Assembly: GCF_044704955.1 (NCBI RefSeq)
Contig: NC_091995.1
Coordinates: 86,614,001 to 86,678,000 of the forward strand
Direction: 5' to 3'
DNA length: 64,000 nucleotides
Source of the DNA: Pristiophorus japonicus
Taxonomy: Eukaryota
In this document: positions 12,116-23,745 of the stretch, in pieces
Numbering within the stretch: the stretch's first letter is position 1
Layout of the letters: each line of letters begins with the position of its first letter
The notes under the pieces: model-generated
What the model saw: only the letters and a program-made list of their open reading frames with translations
Told to the model about the DNA's origin: nothing
The model's database searches: none
Translations under genes and position numbers: made by a program

Positions 12116-12298
12116 CCTCCCTGCTCGTCCGTCCTCTGTTCCACAGCCTGATTTGAGCTGGGGTCGACAGCTACAAAGTCGAGGACGAGATAAGTGTCCC
12201 CGGTGTTACTTCACGTTGTCGCCGACATGGTTATTTTTCTTCACCGGTGGAAGTACGTGGTCCCGATGGGACATTGTGCAAAATATTTAAATTATTAA

Positions 12299-12768
12299 AG
12301 ACTTGCATTTATATAGCGCCTTTCACGACCACCGGACGTCTCAAAGCGCTTTACAGCCAATGAAGTACTTTTGGAGTGTAGTCACTGTTGTAAAGCGGGA
12401 AACACGGCAGCCAATTTGCGCACAGCAAGCTCCCACAAACAGCAATGTGATAATGACCAGATAATCTTTTTTTTTGGTGATGTTGGTTGAGGGATAAATA
12501 TTGGCCCCAGGGCACCTGGGGATAACTCCCCCTGCTTTTCCTCAAAATAGCGCCATGGGACCTTTTGCATCCACCTGAGAGAGCAGACGGGGCCTAGGTT
12601 TAACGTCTCATCCAAAAGACGGCACCTCCCACAGTGCAGCGCTCCCTCAGCACTACACTGAGAGTGTCAGCTTAGATTTTTTGTGCTCGAGTCCCTAGAG
12701 TGGGACTTGAGCCCACAACCTTCTGACTCAGAGGCAAGGGGGCTGCCCACTGAGCCACCGTCTGACAC
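12299..12768 (-). mobile_element. Full-length DeuSINE (SacSINE1-like)
   Basis: Reverse complement of the head, core and tail seen at 22300-22768. Confidence 0.9.
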
Positions 12769-13402
12769 TGCAGACCCCAGCCTGCTTTCTTTTGCTTTCC
12801 GAAATCTAACATTTCGTGTTTCCAGATTCAACAGGGAACTTCGCCCTATAACCACTCACTGAGACATCGAATGTAGTCCTGGATATTAATCCAGAGGCAG
12901 CAATGGAGGGGAGTCTGTAAATAAAGCTCCAATTGGATCATTCCTAAACCACATGAGGGATGTTAGCCAAAAGATACCAGACAATTCTTTCCCTCTTTTT
13001 ACCATAGTTCCATAGGAAAATTATCTGAAAATTTACCATCCTTATCTAAGGGTGGTCAGATGCCTAAAGTTATCTGAAAATACTGAATTAGCAGAACTTC
13101 CCTTTATTTTGGTCTACGAATTTGGGTTTACGCTAATATTTTTGTACAATCTATACTTAGGAAAGCACGGCACTGCCATTTCAATATCTTCATACTTTAA
13201 TAAAATATGAACATGAAACCTTCCCAACAGCTACTGGAAGTCAATCTTTCCTGGGATTTATTTTTGAGTGCGCCGCTCCTTTAAGTGGCTGTGTGGCCCA
13301 ATCTAATTTTCGCGAATGCGCGGTTATTACAGATCGAAAAGCCGGGGAGCGGCCCGTGTGTGACCTCCAGACCGCTGTGCGACCTCGCAGCTTAAGGGGA
13401 AC

Positions 13403-13955
13403 CGGAGTGGAGTATTTAAAATAAACACTCAACACCAGGTCCGGGTTCGAAGATTCAAGTCGTCTTTATTCGCACCGGTGGGGAGACCGCCTGCTCTCTG
13501 TCTGTAGCCAGGCTTCTCCGATGATACAAAGTTCCAAGCAACCTTTCATACAACTTAATGATGCATGTCAGTCTCATGCACGATCCCCCCCATGCCGTTT
13601 AATTGGCCCAAAGCCCGCGTGCACAATCGCTGTTTGACGAATTCCATTTTGCGTCACACAATCATTGGCCTATGTCTCACACCAGATGGAGTTTCTCCAG
13701 CGTGTCACCTCTGACCCCCTTGCCATGCTTAACTGCCTCTCTGAGCCTCCTGAGGTTCAACACTTTAGCTATTTGTAATTGTCCTCAGGTTACACAGCTT
13801 GCAACAGTTAATCATTCCGACATGTTATTCTCAGCGTTATCTCTTCTGCCTGTTAAACAACTTAGAAAGCTGACTAAAGCCTATTTAGCTCTTTTTAGTC
13901 CCACAACCCATTCTTTAACCCTTTAATTATAACAGAGCTCGAAAGCCCCACTTCA
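13403..13955 (-). mobile_element. Solo LTR (ERV-like), 553 bp, 5-bp TSD GGAAC
   Basis: Minus strand TGAAGTGG...CCACTCCG imperfect terminal repeats; CCAAT boxes, TATA-like element and AATAAA in order; GGAAC at 13398-13402 and 13956-13960. Confidence 0.65.
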
Positions 13956-13960
13956 GGAAC

Positions 13961-14197
13961 TGTCATGTATGTAGACCATGTGTACTAACTGTATAGTCAC
14001 ATAAGGTGTGCCACCAGAGGGCACTGTGGTGGGAGACCTGAGGGTCACCTGCATAGATGTGCAGGGCCCAGTATAAAAGGCTGCCCACCATGCTTGTGCC
14101 TCACTCTGAGTTAGAATAAATGGGACTAAGGTCACAACAGCTCAAGTACAATACTAGACCTCGTGGAGTCATTCATAAGAGTATTAAAGACATAACA
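13961..14197 (+). mobile_element. Gypsy-type solo LTR, 237 bp, 5-bp TSD GGAAC
   Basis: TGTCATG...CATAACA termini, internal TATAAAA and AATAAA, GGAAC on both sides, CCACCAGAGGGCAC at 14011-14024. Confidence 0.9.
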
Positions 14198-15949
14198 GGA
14201 ACATTGCTGAACGCGAAAGACTCCAGCAGCTGTTAACACAAACACTATCATCGTAATCTTAAACTGAAATGCACAGCAACGTGGCGATAACAGGTCGGAT
14301 TTTGGAGAAATAAAATCAGAAAATGCTGGAAGTACTCAGCAGAACAGGCAGCATCTGTGGAGAGAGAGGCAGGTTTAATGTTTCAGGTCGATGACCTTTC
14401 TTCTGACGAAAGGTCATTGACCTGAAACGTTAACTCTGGTTCTCTAGCTTTCTGCTGAGCACATTGTGATTGCATTGTGCTTGCAGGAGGATTGTATTAA
14501 TATCCACAGGGTTATTGGCACGACTGCACCTTGTTCACCTTGTGCTTGCTGACCAAATCTCTCGCCCCTTATTATCTCTGCAACCTCCTCCAGCCCGACC
14601 ACCCTCTGAGATTTTTATGCTCCTCCAATTCTGGCCTCATGCACATCGCTGATTTGTATCGCTCCACCATTATCGCCTGTACCTTCAGCAGTCTAGGTCC
14701 TGGATATATTCAAGAGGGAGTTAGATATGGCCCTTACGGCTAAGGTGATCAAGGGGTATGGAGAGAAAGCAAGAAAGAGGTATTGAGGGAATGATCAGCC
14801 ATGATCTTATTGAAAGGTGGTGCAGGCTCAAAGGGCTGAATAGCCTACTCCTGCACCTATTTTCTATGTTTCTATGTTTCTATGTCCTAAGCTCTGGAAT
14901 TCCCTCCCTAAACTGTTCTGCCTCTTTACCTCTCTCTCCTCCTTTAAGACGTCCTTAAAACCTACTTTGACCAAGCTTTTTGTGACTAATTCCAACATCT
15001 CCTTATGTGGCTCAGTATCAAATTGTGTTTGATAATCACACCTGTGAAGCGCCTTGGGACGTTTTACTACTTTCAAGGCACTATATAAATGCAAGTTCTT
15101 GTTCTTGAGTGTTCGGAGTAGTGAGGGCCAAGCAGTTGGGAAGCTGGTTTGGTCTTTGTCCCGGACTACCTTCAGTGCCATTTTCAGAAAATGGCTGGCT
15201 GGCCACCATAGTTAGGATTGATAATTTATGGTGAGCAAGAGTAGCACAGATTACAAGCCCAGTTAAAAATATTTATGTACACGCTTTATATTTTGAGATG
15301 TAAAGTACATGCAAAGTCTTTTGGATGAGACGTTAAATCGAGGAGCCTGTCCTCAGGGGCTCTCTCAGGTAGAATATGGGAAATGTCATTAAAAATTCAT
15401 CATTATTAAAAAAAACTGATTATCTGGTCATTATCACATTGCTGTTTGTGGGAGCTTGCTGAGCGCAAATTGGCTGCTGCGTTTCCTACATTACAACAGT
15501 GAAGACATTTCAAAAAGTACTTTATTGGCTGTAAAGCGCTTTGGGGCATCCAATGGTCGTGGAAGGCGCTATATAAATGCAAGTCTTTCTTTCTAAGGAT
15601 TTTAGGCGCGAGGTGCTTGCAACAATGACTGTTATCTCTTGGTAATTCTGCCCGCGCTTTGTGATAGAACAAAAAAAAGACGAAAAGCTTATGCTCCTGA
15701 CCCCATTTGGCTGATGGAGCTTTTATAAGAGACAGATTAAGAGTGAAATGTAATTCCCTTGGGTAACCAGGAGCACAAGGTAGATAATTATTTTTTAATT
15801 AAAACTCATAATTAGTAATTTTAGTTTCTGGCGACTGCATCTGGACCCAAATTTATGTTCATTGCCTCGCCACATTATCTAAAAAAAATGTATGTTTTAA
15901 TAAAAAGAGAATGGGTGGGGGTCGCTTAGCAACGCAAGGCAGGCTTCAT

Positions 15950-16162
15950 AGCGGCCTACACTTCCGGCGCATTCTAACCTGCTGACGGGCCGGAAGCGGG
16001 GATTGACTGACGTGCGGCCGAGCAATCAGCGGGCAGGGCGGTGAGGTCACCCCCGAGCGTGGACCAATCACGGGGCGCGAGGGGGGCGGGACCGGCCGGC
16101 AGCAGGTTTGTGTGAGGTGCGGAGGCACTCGCGATTGTCTTCCTTTGCTTGGTTAATAAAAG
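15950..16162 (+). promoter_or_regulatory. KMT5C: CpG-island promoter and putative non-coding exon 1 of KMT5C
   Basis: ETS CCGGAAG (15990), CRE half-sites, CCAAT (16064), GC boxes, then consensus donor AG|GTAAGT at 16162/16163. Link to KMT5C inferred from position. Confidence 0.7.
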
Positions 16163-16810
16163 GTAAGTCTTGCGGGGATCTTTTATTTTTTTTTGCAATG
16201 CTTAAATGTTATTTTTAAAGTTTTAGGTTTTTTGGGGGAGGGGATGTCTTTTGGAACATTTAACAAAATAATTGCAGAGCCTGTAAAGGGGAATCTTAAG
16301 CTATTGCTCTTTGTTTACAAAAAGATACTGTCAATGTCCAGCAGATTCAGCCCTGTTTTTAAAGACTTGCATTTCTATAGCGCCTTTCGCAGCCTCAGGA
16401 CGTCCCGAAACGCTTCACAGCCAATGAAGCACTTTCAGAGTGCAGTCACTGTTGTAAATGTGGGAAACGCAGCGGCCAGTTTGCGCACAGCAAGCTCCCA
16501 CAAACAGCAATGTGATAATGACCCAGATCATCTTTTCCTTTTAGTGATGTCGGTTGAGTGATAAATATTAGCCCCAGGACACCGGGGAATAACGTCTCCT
16601 CCCCCTGCTCTTCTTCGAAATAGTGCCCGCGGGGATCTTTTGCGTCCACCTGAGAAGGCGCTTCACGGGAGCATTGTCGCATGAACAAAATTTGACACCG
16701 AGCCCACATAAGGAGAGATTGGGACAGGTCACCAAAGGCTTGGTCAGGGAGGTAGGTTTTAAGGAGCGTCTTAAAGGAGGAGAGGTAGAGAGGGAGTTCT
16801 AAAGCTAAGA

Positions 16811-17316
16811 AAGAAAGACTTGGATTTATATAGCGTCTTTCACAACCACCGGATGTCTCAAAACCCTTTCCAGCCAATGAAGTACTTTTGGAGTGTAGTC
16901 GCTGTTGTAATGTGGGAAACGCGGCAGGCAACTAGCGCACAGCAAGCTCCCACAAACAGCAATGTGATAAAGACCAGATCATTTGGTTTTGTTATGTTGA
17001 TTGAAGGATAAATATTGATTATGATCTAGATTATGAGGGATTACATTTGGTTGATTGTGGGTGAAATATCGGCCAGGACACCGGGGATAACTCCTGTGCT
17101 TTTCTTCGAAATAGTGGGCGTGGGATCTTTTACATCCGCCTGAGACGGCAGACGGGGCCTCGGTTTTATGTCTCATCCGAAAGATGGCACCTCCGATGGT
17201 GCGGCAGTCCCTCAGCACTGCACTGGGAGTGTCAGCCTAGATTTTGGAGCGGGACTTGAGCCCACAACCCTCTGACTCAGAGATAAGGGTGCTACCCACT
17301 GAGCCACGGCTGACAC
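16811..17316 (-). mobile_element. DeuSINE (SacSINE1-like)
   Basis: Head, core and tail in reverse orientation; partial copy also at 16360-16655. Confidence 0.88.
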
Positions 17317-17489
17317 TCTTACTGTCCTCCTTGAGTTTTAGAGATATCACAATTTCTCATTTTCAATTTCCTGACTTTTCTGTATCAGTTTTCTCCCCTG
17401 AGGGCGCTGTTTTCTGCTGGGTGCGATTGGAGGGATGCTGGTCCCTACTCACCTGCCGATATCCCATTCTCCACCTGTGAGCCTAGATA

Positions 17490-18262
17490 AACTTGCATTT
17501 ATATAGCGCCTTGAACGTAGTAAAATGTCCCAGGGCGCTTCCTTTTTGACACCGAGCCACATCAGGAAATATTAGGACAAATGACCAAAAGCTTAAGGGG
17601 AGTCTTAAAGGAGGAGAGAGAGGTTTGGGGAGGGAATTCTAGAGCTTAGGGCCACGGCCGCTGAAGGCACGACCGCCGATGGTGGAGCGATGGAAATCAG
17701 GGACATGCAAGAGGCCAGAATTGGAGGTGTGGATAGATCTCGAAGGGTTGTCAGCGATGTTTCCTTTCATTGTTTTTTGGTTGCGCGGCCCATTCGAATT
17801 TCCGCGCAGGCGTGTTTTGTTTAATTCCAAAGCCGGTGAGCTGGCTACGTGCGACTTCCAGACAGACAGCACGCGCCTCAAAAGGAAGGTTTGTTGTCGG
17901 GCAGGAGGAGGTTACAGAGATAGGGAGGGCCGAGGCCATGGAGATTTGAAAGCAGTGATAAATGTTAGAATCTCGCTGGCTCCCGGTCCGACGACAATGT
18001 AGGTCAGTGAGCGCTGGGGTGATGGGTGAAAGGGATTTGGTGCAAGGGATTTGGTGCGAGTTAGGACGTGGGCAGCCGAGTTTTTGGATGAGCTCAAGTT
18101 TACGGAGGGTGTAAGGTGGGAGGCAGGCCAGGAGAGTATTTTAATATTCGAGTCTAGAGGTAACAAAGGCGTGGATGAGGGTTTCATCAGCAGCTGAGCG
18201 GAGGCAAGTGATACTATGGAGATGGAAGTAGGCAGTTTTGCTGATGGAGGGAATATGTGGTC
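17490..18262 (-). mobile_element. L2 fragment with an internal unrelated insertion
   Basis: L2 tail, GGRAF..PKL, AFVTSRLEY motifs. Confidence 0.8.
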
Positions 18263-18264
18263 GG

Positions 18265-18660
18265 AAGAAAGAAAGATTTGGATTTATATAGCGCCTTTCA
18301 CGACCACCCGGATGTCTCAAAGCGCTTTGCAGCCAATGAAGTACTTTTGGAGTGTAGTCACTGTTGTAATGTGGGAAATGCGGCAGCCAATTTGCGCACA
18401 GCAAGCTCCCACAAACAGCAATGTGATAATGACTAGATCATCTGTTTTTTTTTGTTATGTTGATTGAGGGATAAATATTGGCCCAGGACACCGGGGAGAA
18501 CTCCCCTGCTCTTCTTCGAAATAGCGCCACGGGATCTTTTACGTCCACCTGAGAGAGCAGAAGGGGGCCTCGGTTTAACGTCTCATACGAAAGACGACAG
18601 CTCCCTCAGCGCTGCACTGGAGTGTCAGCCTAGATTGTGCTCGGGTCCCTGGAGTGGGGA
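18265..18660 (-). mobile_element. DeuSINE, head truncated
   Basis: Core and tail match the family. Confidence 0.85.
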
Positions 18661-20168
18661 ACTAAGGGAGGAGAGAGGACCTGATGAGTTGAGGTGGAGG
18701 TGACGAACCACCGAGGGGATGAGAAGTCGCTCGGTGCAGAGGCTGAGGGAGGAAAGCAGTGGGTGTCAGTGCACTGCTCAGCTGTAGGGAAGCGTTGCAG
18801 ACAAGTCTGATCCTGTCTGCTTCACACCCGCATCTTCCAGCAAGCGCTCCCACTTCGGCCCATCGCATCCCGAGTCAGCCCTGTCGTGTCCCCGTTTTGG
18901 AATGTAGAACTTGCTACCACAGGAAATAGTCGAGGTGAAGAGCAGCGATGCGTTTTCGGGGAAGTACATGAGGTAGGCGGCTATGCTGTTAGAGCGGGAG
19001 GAGGCTCGTGTGGAGCATAAACACCATCATAGAGCAGTTGGGCCGAATGGCATGTTTCTGGCTGTACATTCTCTGCATCCGTGCCTTTATCACCTCCAGA
19101 CTCGATTACACCCAATGCTCCCCTGGTTGTCCTTCCATTCCCCCTACCTTCATAAACTCTAGCTCGTCCAACACATTGCTGCCTGTGTCCTACCCCGCAC
19201 CAAGCCTCACTCCATCCTTGCTGTGCTGCACTGTTTCCCAGACCCTCAGCTCCTGGAATTGAAATGTTTCAAGCTTGAATTTCAATCCTTCCGTGGCCTC
19301 CTCCTCTGTAACGTCTTTCAGCCTTACAGCCTTCTCGCACCTCGGACCGAAGTCTCCAATCCTCTAACTACAGCATCTTGTGCATCCTTCCCTGCGCAGT
19401 TGGTGGTCACCCCTTCCACCACCTCGGCTCTTTGACCAAGCTTTTAGTTGCCCCCGGGACAGCGCCTCTCGCGAGGGTCGGAACAGGGGGCGCTAAAGGT
19501 TTTGCAGCCGCTTGGCAAATTCAGTGTGCCGTTACCGGTGGTGCTGACGAGTATTGCCCGGAATACTCCACACCCCCCCCGGTATCGACCCACTTTAAAA
19601 ATGTGTTTTGCGCTGTAAGCTGGTGGCTGACTGCCAACGCAAACCATTTCCCGCCGCTAAATTTATCCCCCGTCCGACATTAACGTCTCAAAAAAACCAC
19701 CAACCTAATTTCCAGCCCCTAATCTGTCCTTGCACATGCCTCTGAAGCTCTTCCACATTAAAGGCACCACACAAACACATATTGTTGCTGGATCGCCTCG
19801 AGTGGGCGCTCCGGCCAGTATTCCGCTCCCAAACCCAAGGGCCCAGTTGCAGTGCTCCAATTGTACCCCGCTGAATGGACTAATTTTCTTTGGACAACAT
19901 AACTTCTAAGAGGAACAGTGTTAAGAAGGAAGCCACAGAGTGGTTCTAATGGCCTGGTGGGTGTACACTACCAAGCAATAAAGAAGGGTTTGATCGCTTA
20001 ACGAGCTGCTGTGGCTATTATAATTGGACCTCAGCACTCTGGACTGGGGAGGGGAGAACTCGTCCAGAGTTTACACTCCTATTCGGTCACCCTTGCTGGA
20101 AAGTGCAGCTATGTCAGCGTCCGGCTCAGCTGTATTGTCCTTCGCAGTCAAATAGTCGGACAGCACTC

Positions 20169-20744
20169 GGGGAGAAATTTGGTTGGATAGCGCCCTCCCC
20201 TGCGAGGGGGCGTTGAAGTGTTTGCAGCCGTGACACCGGCATTCACGCCGCTCGGCAAATTCAGTGTGCCGGTATCGGCCGGTACTGAGGAGTATCGCCC
20301 AGGAGATTAATGTCGGTGTGCAACACCCCCGGTAATTTGGTTTGTGCTGCACCCGTAGCGCCCCCCCCCTTGTGACCCCGCCGGAGAAAGCTGGTGTGCA
20401 GAGCTGTCCCGGGGGACTAAGGGAAGGAATGACTGCGTGAGGCAAGTGTGATGGATATTTTATTTTTGTTTTTACGATTTAACTTTTATTTGGGGTGAGT
20501 AATGTATAAGGAATGTTTTTTGTTCCGACTCTCTCTTTTGTTGGGGCGCTACGAAGTCGTCTCTTTAGCACGGGATATTCAGTTGCTCACCCGGCCCAGT
20601 GCCCTGAGAGAAGTGTGGAACGCTTCCCTTAGTGCTTCGCTCCACTGCCGGGACGCAACCACTGAACTATGTGGCTGCTGTCGCTATATTTAGCGACCGC
20701 CCAACGTTAACACCTCAAGAACCCTCCAACCAAATTTCCAGCCC
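20169..20744. mobile_element. Non-autonomous DNA transposon (MITE-like)
   Basis: Imperfect TIRs GGGGAGAAATTT / AAATTTCCAGCCC; internal GGCAAATTCAGTGTGCCG shared with 19450-19720. Confidence 0.55.
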
Positions 20745-20792
20745 GCAATGTCTAAGCTCGGAAATGAAAAGCGTCACTTAAGTGAAGTACTC

Positions 20793-21215
20793 ATCATCAT
20801 AGACGGTCCCTCGAACAAGGGTGACTTCCTTCCACATGAGTTCGCAGATGTTTCAATGAAGTACCCGATGTTCCTGTCCTGAACTCCAATTGAGGCGTGG
20901 ATTTTTTTAACGTGGGGTGACCGTTGCACACCAGCCACCACACGGGCTCGACAGAGCCAGGTCTTGGTCCAGTGGCAAGGGTCAACAGGACGACTGACGA
21001 CCAGCTCTGCTGCACGGACCTAGTGCGCGCACATATCGCACAGTGTGGGCTGGCCCGTGCTCTGTCCTGGGCCCTCGGCTCTTCTGGGCCCCGTACCCTC
21101 CTTCGCCGCACCTCCGCCACAATCCCTCACCGCCTCTCTGCCACAAAAACACTCGCCGCAACTCCGCCACGACCTCCCGTCGCACCTCCACACCAAATAT
21201 TCGCCGAACCTCCGT
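20793..21215 (-). mobile_element. Non-autonomous element with RTE-type 3' tail and degenerate CGCCGCACCTCC tandem repeats at its 5' side
   Basis: Homologous to 51353-51637 (-) and 52215-52525 (+); tail resembles GGAAGCAAGTC..CTCG..CGAGGGAC.GCCTATGATGATG. Confidence 0.7.
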
Positions 21216-21569
21216 CACGTGCTAGAGGGTTGCTGGCAGTCTCCAGTGCGGGGATCGCAATCCACCACAAAGCGGCATCTTCAGCGAAAAGATGTAGACG
21301 GCCTTCGAGAAGGTTTGTGCCACGATGTGATGGCCCATTTGAGTTTTGGGCTCGTGCCAGAGTTTATCTGCTTTTCTCTTGCCTGCCTCAGTGCCCCCGG
21401 TTTGTTCTCCGAAACCGGTCTCTGGCTCATCTATAAGGCGCTAGAAAAGTTTGGGCCTCAAGCGGAATGTTGCCTAATTGGCTATTGCGAATTATTCGTG
21501 CCTCTTTATGTTGCCTGGCTGGTGCGGCACCACAAAAGCGCTTAAAATGGCGCCGACCATTCTAGGACA

Positions 21570-21935
21570 CTGCAGCCAATGTTCACGCAGCTGCTATCAA
21601 CCCACGAACCAGACAGACGGAATCGTGGGACGCACGCAACGTAAAGAATCACTGACCCAATCAGCAGAGGTCCCTCCCTGGCTTCCACCTCCCTCGAAGG
21701 CAGTGAACAGCGCTCGACCCAATCCACACGGGGCACAGACGGTGCACCACAGGTGAAAGATGAGAGGCGGCCAGAAGTGTGGCCACGAGTCCCAGACCAC
21801 TGAACACATCACGTCAACCTGCCCGCTGAGATCTGTTGCGGGAGGCACCTCATTTCTCCACTCGACACCTCAGGAGCCCATCGAATGGCGAGCCAAACAA
21901 GACATCCCATTATAAGCTTTTGGCGTCATACGAAA
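21570..21935 (+). mobile_element. Vingi/Ingi-like LINE 3' fragment (degenerate)
   Basis: Translates PPGFHLPRRQ*TAL..IHTGH.RC...CGHESQTTEHITSTCPLR (C-terminal Zn knuckle); 3' end GTCATACGAA. Confidence 0.65.
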
Positions 21936-22064
21936 GTAGCCTTCACGCCTCAACCTTAATAATTGTGATGGGCTATTTGGCCACTGTGGAGCATCACAAC
22001 CCTAATCCTGTCCTCCTTAATATACACGCGGCAAGGGTCACAGTGGAGGAAGAGCATCCGGGAG

Positions 22065-22283
22065 GGCACTGAGCACCTCGAGTCTTGTCACCGAGAGCAT
22101 GCAGAAAACAAGCGCAGGCAGCAGAAGGAGTGTGCGGCAAACCAGACTTTCCTTCAACCAACGTCTGTCCCACCTGTGACAGAGACTGTAATTCCCGTAT
22201 TGGACTGTTCAGTCACCTGAGGACTCACTTTCAGAGTGGAAGCAAGTCTTCCTCGATTTCGAGGGACTGCCTACGATGATGAC
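22065..22283 (+). mobile_element. RTE LINE 3' end
   Basis: CPTCDRDCNSRIGLFSHLRTH C-terminal finger and GAGGGACTGCCTACGATGATG tail. Confidence 0.8.
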
Positions 22284-22299
22284 GTGTAAGGACCTTTAC

Positions 22300-22768
22300 T
22301 GTCAGCCGTGGCTCAGTGGGCAGCACTCTCGCCTCTGAGTAAGAAAGTTGTGGGTTCAAGTCCCACTTCAGGAACTTGAGCACATAAATCTAGGCTGACA
22401 CTCCCAGTGCAGTGCTGAGGGAGCGCTACACTGTCAGGGGTGTCATCTTTCGGATGAGGCGTTAAACCGAGGCCTCCGTCTGCTTTCTCAGATGGATGTA
22501 AAAGATCCCACGGCACTATTTTGAAGAAGAGCACAGGAGTTATCCCCGGTGTCCTGGGCCAATATTTATCCCTCAATCAACATCACAAAAACGGATTATC
22601 TGGTCATGATCATATTGCTGTTTGTGGGAGCTTGCTGTGCGCAAGTTTGCTGCCGTGTTTCCCACATTACAACAGTGACTACACGCTAAAAGTACTTATT
22701 TGGCTATAAAGAGCTTTGAGATGTCCAGTGGTAGTGAAAGGCGCTATATAAATGCAAGTCTTTCTTTT
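22300..22768 (+). mobile_element. Full-length DeuSINE (SacSINE1-like)
   Basis: GTCAGCCGTGGCTCAGTGG...GGTTCAAGTCCC head, core, L2-like tail ending CAAGTCTTTCTTT. Confidence 0.9.
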
Positions 22769-23116
22769 GACTAACTCCCCCGTTCATTAACCCGGCAGCG
22801 CTGTCGTGCCTTATCTGCTATCCTGGCTCAGTTCCGTTAACTCTGCACAGAATGGGAAGTGAGCCTGAAAGTTTGTGTTCTGCATGGCTCAGGAGTGCTT
22901 CACCAGGATGTGTACTCAACTGAGGAATTGAGAAAGCTTGACTGTTGACGACAGTTTGTTTGCATTGTGTGACAAGGAGTTAGTTTGTTCGAAGAGTTTA
23001 CAGTATCGAGCAGCTCAGAGCTTGGGAGCTGAACATTTATAAGTTTCTGGGTCTGGTGAAAGAAAAGAGAGATTTAGAGATCTGGATTTCATTACAGCTC
23101 TAATTATTTTTTTTTA

Positions 23117-23505
23117 AAAGACTTGCATTTCTATAGCGCCTTTCACGACCACCAGACGTTTCAAAGTGCTTTACAGCCAATGAAGTACTTTTGGAGGGTA
23201 GTCACAGTTGTTTTGTGGGAAACGCGGCAGCCAACTTGCGCACAGCAAGCTCCCACAAACAGCAATGTGATGATGACCAGATAATCTGTTTTTGTTATGT
23301 TGATTGAGGGATAAATATTGGCCAGGACACTGGGGATAACTCCCCCTGCTCTTTTTCGAAATAGTGCCATGGGATCTTTTACGTCTGCCCAAGAGAGCAG
23401 ACGGGGCCTCGGTTTAACGTCTTATCCGAAAGAAGGCACCTCCGACAGTGCAGCGCTCCCTCAGCACTGCACTGGGAATGTCAGCCTAGATCTATGTGCT
23501 CAGGT
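23117..23505 (-). mobile_element. DeuSINE, head truncated
   Basis: Family core and tail on the minus strand. Confidence 0.88.
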
Positions 23506-23596
23506 TCCTGCAGCATGTTATCATTACTTTGTGTGGTTGTTTAATCTGATGTGTTCTTTCTAAATGCAGGAAACAACAGTATGGTGATTGCAGGAC

Positions 23597-23706
23597 ATGG
23601 AATCCATACGCGTGACAGCTAGAGATCTCTGTGAATATGATGATCTCGCAACGAGCCTGGTGCTGGATCCTTACTTGGGTTTTCAAACCCACAAAATGAA
23701 CATCAG
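23597..23706 (+). CDS. KMT5C: KMT5C coding exon 1 (exon begins 23570, ATG 23597)
   Basis: [36 protein letters not shown]; short N-terminus as in KMT5C (human [29 protein letters not shown]), unlike KMT5B; donor AG|GTAAAC. Confidence 0.93.
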
Positions 23707-23745
23707 GTAAACGTTCGACAAATCAAGTCAGTGGCTTTTCTTCTT

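Noticed and set aside
11336-12290. ORFs of 224-312 aa in the ORF track
   Set aside because: Artefacts of translating through the N gap.
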